Positions 50,634-57,471 of a stretch of 57,471 nt of DNA are shown piece by piece. Where the stretch lies: NCBI GenBank assembly GCA_035581905.1, contig DATISQ010000332.1:1-57471 (forward strand), given 5' to 3'. Within the stretch, counting starts at the first letter, position 1. The number at the start of each line of letters is the position of its first letter. The notes beneath the pieces are model-generated. The model had not been told where the DNA came from. It saw nothing but the letters and a program-made list of their open reading frames with translations, and searched no databases. Origin of the DNA: Cryobacterium sp. Its GTDB lineage: Bacteria; Actinomycetota; Actinomycetes; Actinomycetales; Microbacteriaceae. The translations under genes and the position numbers were made by a program.

Positions 50634-51713
50634 ATGCTCAACGAACGTATCCCGGTCACCCTGTACGAACGTCCCGAGCCTTCCGAGGAGACGGCGATCA
50701 ACGCGCTGGTCCACCAGCCCCGCCCACGGCGACCGCGGTGGGCGGCCGCATCCGCCGATTTCATCGAGGGTCTGCAGGGTGAGAGCACGGCTGACCCACT
50801 GGCACTGCTGGCGAACGTTTTCTCGGAGGCGGCGGACGCAGAACTGGTTTGCGTCGCCGGCGGTGGTGAGGAAGCTATCTGCGAGTCGCTCCTGAGGGGA
50901 GGGTTGACCCTGGTCGTTCCGATGGGGGGATCCGGGAAATCTGACCGGCCGGCACTGCTGATCACGGCAACCCGGCCGGGCGGGGCGTCCCCGTTCACGG
51001 CCGGCGATCTCGAGTCGGCCGCGGATTTCGCCCGACTGGCGCACGCGGGCCTCCAACTCGATCGGAGCAGCACGGACGGGGCACGGCTGGCGGTGCTCGC
51101 CGATCGCGACCGGATCGCGAGTGAGCTGCACGACCGGGTGATCCAGCGGGTCTTCGCTGCGGGGCTCAGCGTGCAGGCCCTCGCCGGGATGACCACCGAC
51201 CCGATGCTCCGGCAGCGCCTGTCCGACGAGGTGGGGACCCTCGACGCCGTCATCGCCGAACTCCGCACCGCCATCTTCGCGCTGTCGGTTCAGGCGCACG
51301 CCGAGCGTCCGTCCGTTCGGCGCCGCATCCTCGACCTGCTCGAGGAACTCGGGCCTCTCTTCCCGCACCCGCCGCGGGTGCTCTTCTCCGGTGCGATCGA
51401 TCTGCAGGTCAGCACCCCGCTGGCGGACGATCTGCTCGCCGTCGTGCGGGAGGGTCTGACCAACGTGGTGCGGCACGCCCAGGCCCGGGACACGGCGGTG
51501 AGCGTCTCCGCCCGGGCCGGCTTCCTCACGATCAAGATCAGCGACAACGGCGTCGGCCTGTGCGGCTCCGAGCGGTGCAGCGGCATCGCCAATCTGTCTG
51601 TCCGGGCCGCACGCTGGCAGGGGACGGTGTCACTTTCCGACCGGGAGTCCGGTGGGGTCCTGCTGCTCTGGACGGCGCGGTTGGCCGAGGTTCCCGGGGG
51701 GACAGCCCGATGA
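50634..51713 (+). CDS. DosS/DevS-like histidine kinase with shortened sensor region
   Basis: H-box IASELHDRVIQRVFA, EGLTNVVRHA, DNGVG, GIANL. Confidence 0.85.
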   Translation: MLNERIPVTLYERPEPSEETAINALVHQPRPRRPRWAAASADFIEGLQGESTADPLALLANVFSEAADAELVCVAGGGEEAICESLLRGGLTLVVPMGGSGKSDRPALLITATRPGGASPFTAGDLESAADFARLAHAGLQLDRSSTDGARLAVLADRDRIASELHDRVIQRVFAAGLSVQALAGMTTDPMLRQRLSDEVGTLDAVIAELRTAIFALSVQAHAERPSVRRRILDLLEELGPLFPHPPRVLFSGAIDLQVSTPLADDLLAVVREGLTNVVRHAQARDTAVSVSARAGFLTIKISDNGVGLCGSERCSGIANLSVRAARWQGTVSLSDRESGGVLLLWTARLAEVPGGTAR

Positions 51714-52393
51714 CGCGCGTGTTCGTCGTGGACGACCATGACATCGTCCGCCTCGGACTGGTCGGACTGATCAACGCCGAAACGGACCTGGAGGTGGTGG
51801 GGGAGGCCGCCACGAAGCAGCAGGCCCTGGCCCGGGTCGCCGCGACCCGGCCGGATGTCGTGGTCCTCGACGTGCGGCTGTCCGACGGAAGCGGCATCGA
51901 CGCCTGCCGGGACATCCGGTCCGCGGATCCCGGCATCCGGTGCTTGATGCTCACGGCGTTCGACGACGACGAGGCCAGATGCGCGTCCGTCCTGGCCGGG
52001 GCGTCCGGGTATGTGCTGAAGGACATCCGTGGGGAACGCCTGGTGGTGGCAATCCGCCGGGTGGCGCAGGGCGAGTGCCTGCTCAGCCCGCGGCTGGCCG
52101 GTCGCGTGGCAGCGTCGCGGGGACGTGACCGCGGTGACCCTGCCGCCCGGGCGCTGACGACGCGGGAGCGGCAGGTCCTCGATCTGATCTCTCGGGGACT
52201 CACCAACCGCCAGATCGGCGAGCACCTGGACCTGGCAGAGAAGACGGTGAAAAACTACGTGTCGGGGGTGCTCCGCAAACTCGGTATGGAGCGCCGGACC
52301 CAGGCTGCCGTCTTCGGGGCGGAATTGCGCCGCCAGGAGGGGGCGCACCCGGTTCGGATTCGTGCGGGCTCTCCCGATACGCTGGCCGGATGA
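51710..52393 (+). CDS. devR: DevR/DosR-like NarL-family response regulator
   Basis: VVDDH, LDVRL, YVLKD; LAEKTVKNYVS..L.KLGMERRTQAA matches the DevR DNA-binding helix. Confidence 0.85.
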   Translation: MTRVFVVDDHDIVRLGLVGLINAETDLEVVGEAATKQQALARVAATRPDVVVLDVRLSDGSGIDACRDIRSADPGIRCLMLTAFDDDEARCASVLAGASGYVLKDIRGERLVVAIRRVAQGECLLSPRLAGRVAASRGRDRGDPAARALTTRERQVLDLISRGLTNRQIGEHLDLAEKTVKNYVSGVLRKLGMERRTQAAVFGAELRRQEGAHPVRIRAGSPDTLAG

Positions 52394-52893
52394 AGCCGCA
52401 TCGCGTCACCCGGGTCGTGCCCGGACCCGGCCAGGAATCTGTCTGGGATTACCCGCGCCCACCGCGCGTGGAACAGAGTTCCGACCGGGTCATCGTCACC
52501 CTCGGCGGCCTGGTCATCGTCGACACCGCGGACGCAGTACGGGTGCTCGAGACCAGTCATCCGCCGGTCTACTACCTGCCGCGCTCCGCGTTCCTGGCGG
52601 GGAGCCTCGAGCCGGCGCCCGGCCGCTCCTACTGCGAGTACAAGGGCGAGGCCTCGTACCTCAGCGTGCTGGCACCCGGTCGCGGGGAGGTGGCGGCCGG
52701 CTGGTATTACCCGTCGCCGACACCGGGCTTCGAGGCGCTGGCGGGCCGCGTCGCGCTGTACCCCGGGCGGATGGACCTCATCACCGTGAACGGGGAACAG
52801 GTGCTGCCGCAACCGGGTGACTTCTACGGCGGCTGGATCACATCCCGGGTGGTCGGACCGTTCAAGGGGGCGCCAGGCAGCCTCGGATGGTGA
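52390..52893 (+). CDS. DUF427 domain protein
   Basis: ESVWDYPRPP, LETSHPPVYY, CEYKG, FYGGWIT. Confidence 0.88.
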   Translation: MKPHRVTRVVPGPGQESVWDYPRPPRVEQSSDRVIVTLGGLVIVDTADAVRVLETSHPPVYYLPRSAFLAGSLEPAPGRSYCEYKGEASYLSVLAPGRGEVAAGWYYPSPTPGFEALAGRVALYPGRMDLITVNGEQVLPQPGDFYGGWITSRVVGPFKGAPGSLGW

Positions 52894-53804
52894 CGGCGAT
52901 GCCTCTTGCCACCACACGCCGGGCGGGGGTGATCCCCATCCTCCTGGCCGCGATGCTCTGGGGCACGACGGGCACGGCCGCGCACTTCCTGCCCGCCAAT
53001 GTCAGCCCGCTGGCGACCGGGGCCGCCACGATGGCCGTGGGCGGCGGGTTGCTCTTTGCCCTCTCCGCCCGGAGCGCCCTGGCCACCCTCCACGACCGCT
53101 CCGTGCGTCGTTGGGTGCTGGCCGGGGTTGCCGGTATCGTCGTCTACCCGCTCGCTTTCTACAGCGCGATGAACCTGGCCGGGGTCGCTGTCGGCACGGT
53201 CGTGTCGCTCGGATCCGCGCCCGTCTTCGCCGCGGGGATCGAGTTCCTGGCGGAACGCCGGGCAGTGACGCGTCTCTGGGCGCTGTGCACCCTGACCGCT
53301 CTGTTCGGCACGGTTCTGCTGATCGCCGGGCAGCAGTCCGACCGGGGCGCCGGGTCCGCTCCACTGGGCGTTCTCCTCGGGCTGCTGGCCGGACTCAGCT
53401 ACGCGCTGTACACGCACGCGTCCCACCGGGTGATCGCCGGCGGGCACGGCTCACGGGCCACGATGGGGGCGCTCTTCGGCGCCGGCGCGCTGTGTCTCGT
53501 GCCGGTGCTCGCTGCCACGGGAGCACCGCTGCTCCAGAGCGCCGGCAGCGTGGGCATCACCGCCTACCTCATCGTGGGGCCCATGTTCGTCGCCTATCTG
53601 CTCTTCGGCCGTGGCCTGCGCACGGTTCGCGGCAGCACGGCGACCAGCATCACCCTGGTCGAACCGCTCGTGGCCACGCTGCTGGCGGTCCTGATCGTCG
53701 GCGAGCGGCTGCCGCCGTCCGGCTGGGCCGGCCTCGGGCTGGTTCTGGTGGCCGTGGTTGCCCTGGTCGCCGGCCCCGGAACCAAGGTGAGGATTTCTCG
53801 CTAG
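52887..53804 (+). CDS. EamA/DMT family transporter
   Basis: LWGTTG, about 10 TM helices, EPLVA. Confidence 0.85.
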   Translation: MVTAMPLATTRRAGVIPILLAAMLWGTTGTAAHFLPANVSPLATGAATMAVGGGLLFALSARSALATLHDRSVRRWVLAGVAGIVVYPLAFYSAMNLAGVAVGTVVSLGSAPVFAAGIEFLAERRAVTRLWALCTLTALFGTVLLIAGQQSDRGAGSAPLGVLLGLLAGLSYALYTHASHRVIAGGHGSRATMGALFGAGALCLVPVLAATGAPLLQSAGSVGITAYLIVGPMFVAYLLFGRGLRTVRGSTATSITLVEPLVATLLAVLIVGERLPPSGWAGLGLVLVAVVALVAGPGTKVRISR

Positions 53805-53813
53805 AATCCCTTC

Positions 53814-55502
53814 ATGCCCGAGCTGAACCAGACGGGGCGCGACGGCTCCGACACATCCGGTCGCCCCGGCGGAGACCTTGCTGCCGCGGTGGAGCGCGCC
53901 TCCGGCGCGGGATCCCTCGACGTGGAGAGACTCGGCATCGACACGGACCTGACCGACGATGCCGACGATGTGGCGACGGGGGTTCCGCCGCCCGTCCCGA
54001 GTCCGCGCGTCGCCGAGAACGAGGCCGTGATCGTCGACACCGGGCTGCCGGGCGCCTCGAGCCGCCACGTCGAGGCGACCGGCCCGGAACCGACGCCGCT
54101 TCCGTTGCGGGTCGGTCCGCCCAGCCGGATGTTCCGGCTCTGGTTCGCCGTGACCGCTTCGGTCGTCAGCATGGCCCTGGGCGCACTGCTGGTGGCACTC
54201 GGGCTCACCGTTCGCGAAGTCGTCCTGGGCACGATCCTCGGCATCGCCCTGTCGTTCATCCCGCTGGGGCTCGGCACCCTGGCCGGCAAACGCAGCGGAC
54301 AGCCGATGCTGGTGCTGTCGAGGGCGACCTTCGGCGTGGTGGGCAACATCGTGCCCACCGTGCTCGCCATCCTCGTCCGTCTCGTCTGGGGTGCGCTGCT
54401 CCTCACCGTGGCCGGACAGGTGATCGGTGCTGTGGCCGCCACCACCAGTCAGACCCAGGACCCGGGCTACAGCATCGTCCCGGCGCTCGTCGGGGCGTTG
54501 CTGGTGCTTGGGATCGCGGCGACGGTCGCGATCTACGGTTACGCCCTGGTGACGCTCGTGCAGGACGCCCTGGTCTTCGTGTCGAGCGCGCTGCTCGCAC
54601 TGACCGTCATCATGACCTGGGGTCTGGTCGAGTTCCGGGGCGCACTCGACGCACCGGACACCTGGGGAACCGGGGTCCTGACCGGCGCGATCCTCGTCTT
54701 CGCGTATCTCGGTCTCGCCTGGGGGGTCAGCGGGGCCGATCTTGCGCGCTACCAGCGGCCGTCCTCCGGCGGCTATCGTTCGATGCTGCATGCGCTCGGC
54801 GGCGCGGGCCTGCCCGGCCTGATCCTGGTCTGCTACGGGGCGTTGCTGGCCGCCTCACACCCGACCCAGGCCGCGGCGTTCGCGGTCGACCCGGTCGGAA
54901 CCGTCGCCCGGCTGCTGCCGGGCTGGATGGGGATCCCGTTGATGATCGTCGTCACGGTGACACTGCTGTCGGCGCTCATCGTGAACCTCTATTCGGGGGG
55001 CCTCGCAGTCGCCGCCGCCTCACGATCAATCGGTCGGGCAGCGGGAGTCCTGCTCGCCGCCGGCGGAACGGGACTGGTCGCACTGGCGACCCTCGTGAAC
55101 CGAACCGCTCTCTCTGATGCGTTCTTCGCGCTGTTCCTGACCCTGGCCGTACCCGTCGCAGCCTGGGCCGGGTTGTTCTCCGCGGAGCTGCTGCTCCGAC
55201 GTCGCCCCATCGACTCGGGCAGCCTCCTCCGTCGTGGCGGCGTCTACGCCGACTGGCGGTGGGTGAACCTCGGGGCGCTCCTCGTGATCAGCGTCCTGGG
55301 GTTCGGGCTCGTCGGGCCGGGGCCGGGCTGGCTGGCCTGGGCGGGCTTCCTTCTGGGCCCCGTCGGCGCCGGTTCACCGGTTGAACTCGACGGCAGCGGA
55401 GCCGGTGTGCTGGTGGCCTTCGTCCTGGGCCTGCTGACGCCGGCCATCCTCGGGATTCCGGCCATCCGACGCCAGGAGGACGTACCGCTCCGGCACCGGT
55501 AG
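53814..55502 (+). CDS. Purine-cytosine permease (NCS1) family protein
   Basis: SGQPMLVLSRATFG..GN, ADLARY, NLYSGG; many TM helices. Confidence 0.8.
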   Translation: MPELNQTGRDGSDTSGRPGGDLAAAVERASGAGSLDVERLGIDTDLTDDADDVATGVPPPVPSPRVAENEAVIVDTGLPGASSRHVEATGPEPTPLPLRVGPPSRMFRLWFAVTASVVSMALGALLVALGLTVREVVLGTILGIALSFIPLGLGTLAGKRSGQPMLVLSRATFGVVGNIVPTVLAILVRLVWGALLLTVAGQVIGAVAATTSQTQDPGYSIVPALVGALLVLGIAATVAIYGYALVTLVQDALVFVSSALLALTVIMTWGLVEFRGALDAPDTWGTGVLTGAILVFAYLGLAWGVSGADLARYQRPSSGGYRSMLHALGGAGLPGLILVCYGALLAASHPTQAAAFAVDPVGTVARLLPGWMGIPLMIVVTVTLLSALIVNLYSGGLAVAAASRSIGRAAGVLLAAGGTGLVALATLVNRTALSDAFFALFLTLAVPVAAWAGLFSAELLLRRRPIDSGSLLRRGGVYADWRWVNLGALLVISVLGFGLVGPGPGWLAWAGFLLGPVGAGSPVELDGSGAGVLVAFVLGLLTPAILGIPAIRRQEDVPLRHR

Positions 55503-55511
55503 GCTTGCGAG

Positions 55512-56333
55512 GTGTCAGTCTCGCTCGCCGATGTAACTCGGATCATCCATGAATTGTGGCCGTTGTCCGGTGCCGAAGCCTGGGACGCCCCGGGCCTGGT
55601 GTGCGGCAACCCCGGCCAGCCGGTCGAATCGATCCACCTGGCCGTGGATGCGGTGTCCGCGACCGTGGACGAGGCCGTCGGACACGGTGCAGACCTGCTC
55701 TTCGTGCACCATCCGCTGCTGCTGCGCGGCGTGACGTCGGTGGCGGAAGACCGCTACAAGGGCGCCCTGCTCGGTCGTCTGATCCGGGCGGACTGCGCCC
55801 TTCTCGCGGCGCATACCAACGCGGATGTGGTCGTCGACGGCGTCTCGGGCATCCTCGCCACCCGCCTCGGCCTCGTCGACGCCGCACCCATCACCGAGGG
55901 CTCGACGCCGGGAACGGGAATCGGCCGGGTCGGCCGCCTGGCGCACCCGGCAACCCTGGGCCAGCTGGCCCACCGGCTCGCCCAGCTCCTGCCGGCGACC
56001 GCCGGCGGCGTCCGGGTCTCGGGGGAGTACGGCAGTGTCATCGAAAACGTCTCGCTCTGCGGCGGCTCCGGCGACTCCCTGCTCGGCCATCCCGCCGTCC
56101 AGACGTCCGATGTGTACATCACGTCCGATCTCCGTCACCACCCGGCCTCGGAGGCCCGCGAGCAGGCCGGATTGACGGGCGGAACACCTGCCCTGATCGA
56201 CGTGTCACACTGGGCCAGCGACTGGCTCTGGATCGAGCCGGCCGCCGACCAGCTGCGGGCCCTGCTGCCCGGGGTGCGCATCACCTGCAGTTCCCTGCGC
56301 ACGGATCCCTGGGACTTCGCGATCGTGCAGTAA
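55512..56333 (+). CDS. Nif3-like dinuclear metal centre hexameric protein
   Basis: WDAPGL, HHPL, HTNAD, GGSG, DLRHH, SHWAS. Confidence 0.92.
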   Translation: MSVSLADVTRIIHELWPLSGAEAWDAPGLVCGNPGQPVESIHLAVDAVSATVDEAVGHGADLLFVHHPLLLRGVTSVAEDRYKGALLGRLIRADCALLAAHTNADVVVDGVSGILATRLGLVDAAPITEGSTPGTGIGRVGRLAHPATLGQLAHRLAQLLPATAGGVRVSGEYGSVIENVSLCGGSGDSLLGHPAVQTSDVYITSDLRHHPASEAREQAGLTGGTPALIDVSHWASDWLWIEPAADQLRALLPGVRITCSSLRTDPWDFAIVQ

Positions 56334-56402
56334 CCTGCCGATGGAGTTCGGATCCACCCTCAACGCTCGTTCACATTCACTATTCGCAAAGGTCAGGACA
56401 TC

Positions 56403-57140
56403 GTGAAGGCATCCCCAGTAGAACAGAAGGAGCTTCTCCGGCTTCAGGCCCTCGACATCAGACTGCAGCAGGTCGAGCACCAGACGAAGGCCCTGCCCCA
56501 GCACACCGAGCTCCGGGACCTCACCAGGCTGTTCGACACCACCCGGATGGCCCTGAGCACCCGCTCCGGCGAACGCGATGACGTTCGCACCGAGCTGGCG
56601 CGGATCGAATCCGACGTCGACGTGGTCGAGAAGCGCATCGCGCGGGACAGCGACCGGGTGCAGCACACCTCCTCGGTGAAGGACGTGCAGGCCCTGGAGA
56701 CTGAGCTCGCGGCGTTGCGCAAGCGCCTGCTGGCGCTCGAGGAGATCGAGATCGCGGTGATGGAACGACTCGAGGAGAGCGATGCGGCGGTTGCAGCGGT
56801 GGAGGCGGAGCGGGACGCGATCGCGGGCCGGATCCACGAGGCCGAGCAGTCGCGGGACGAGAACCTCGCCGACCTGAACCGGCAGCTCGGCGAACTGCGC
56901 CGGGATCGGGTCGCCGTCGCCGGCAGCGTCACCGAGGACCTCGCCGCCCTCTATCAGAAGCGATTCGTGACGGGCCGGGGCAACGCCGCCGCCCTGTTGC
57001 GGGCGCGCACCTGCAGCGGCTGCACGATGACGCTCACCGGCAGCGATCTCGACGCCGTGCGTTCTTCGCCGGCCGACGAGGTCGTGTTCTGTCCGGACTG
57101 CGGGGCCATCCTGGTGCGCACGGAGGAATCCGGGATCTAG
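56403..57140 (+). CDS. Coiled-coil C4 zinc-ribbon protein
   Basis: Long coiled coil, CSGC...CPDCGAIL. Confidence 0.9.
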   Translation: MKASPVEQKELLRLQALDIRLQQVEHQTKALPQHTELRDLTRLFDTTRMALSTRSGERDDVRTELARIESDVDVVEKRIARDSDRVQHTSSVKDVQALETELAALRKRLLALEEIEIAVMERLEESDAAVAAVEAERDAIAGRIHEAEQSRDENLADLNRQLGELRRDRVAVAGSVTEDLAALYQKRFVTGRGNAAALLRARTCSGCTMTLTGSDLDAVRSSPADEVVFCPDCGAILVRTEESGI

Positions 57141-57180
57141 GTGGAGCCCGGCCCCGCCCGCGGCCTGTATTCTGGACTGT

Positions 57181-57471
57181 GGAATGGGTCGGCAAGACGG
57201 TCGCGTCATCCGCTGCCCTCCGGGTCAGCGGATGCCGAGGAACGTCCGGGCTCCGCAGAGCAGGATGGTGGGTAACACCCACCCGGGGCAACCCGCGAGA
57301 CAGTGCCACAGAAAGTAAACCGCCTCCGGCTTCGGCCGGCGGTAAGGGTGAAACGGTGGTGTAAGAGACCACCAGAGGCCAGGGTGACCTGGTCGGCTAG
57401 GTAAACCTCGTCCGGAGCAAGGTCAGACAGGAAACGCCAAGGCGGCTCGCCGAGTTTCCGGGTAGACCGCT
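57181..57471 (+). ncRNA. rnpB: RNase P RNA, class A (3' end beyond the window)
   Basis: GAGGAACGTCCGGGCTC, CAGTGCCACAGAAA, GGGTGAAACGGTGGTGTAAGAG, GGTAAACC...GGAGCAAGG. Confidence 0.93.

Noticed and set aside
52817-55117. 766-aa Arg-rich ORF (also 5829-7535)
   Set aside because: Alternate-frame overlap of clear transporter genes; Arg/Pro/Gly-rich composition typical of non-coding frames

Overview
High-GC actinobacterial chromosome segment, probably Microbacteriaceae (inferred from gene content and order). It has four parts. (1) ~1-20.6 kb looks like a decaying accessory ion/pH-homeostasis island. It holds an amine oxidase, two CNNM/CBS proteins, a relic of a MerR-type metal cassette, a complete mrpA(B)CDEFG Na+/H+ antiporter operon, a type II P-type ATPase, an extra group-2 sigma-70 factor, a CPA2 antiporter, pgi and several gene remnants. 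(2) ~20.6-34.2 kb holds a broken AlkZ-like glycosylase, redox genes and an unusual concentration of DNA enzymes: a stand-alone 5'-3' nuclease, a DnaE2-type polymerase without imuA/imuB, and a PolA-like polymerase without a 5' nuclease. (3) ~34.4-44.8 kb is the core fasR-fabD-fabH-acpP-fabF / aceE / peroxiredoxin / tRNA-Val region, followed by luxS-mtnN. (4) ~44.9-57.5 kb holds a zinc ADH, tandem GAF-ANTAR genes, USP genes with DosR-like boxes, a DosS-like kinase lacking its haem GAF domain plus DevR/DosR, transporters, nif3, a zinc-ribbon gene and RNase P RNA (cut by the window end). I saw no CRISPR, transposase or integrase. The best leads are a shared, switch-like leader motif before mrpA and the P-type ATPase, the polymerase neighbourhood, and the GAF-ANTAR/truncated-DosS stress module. 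All family calls come from motif recognition by eye, not from database searches.
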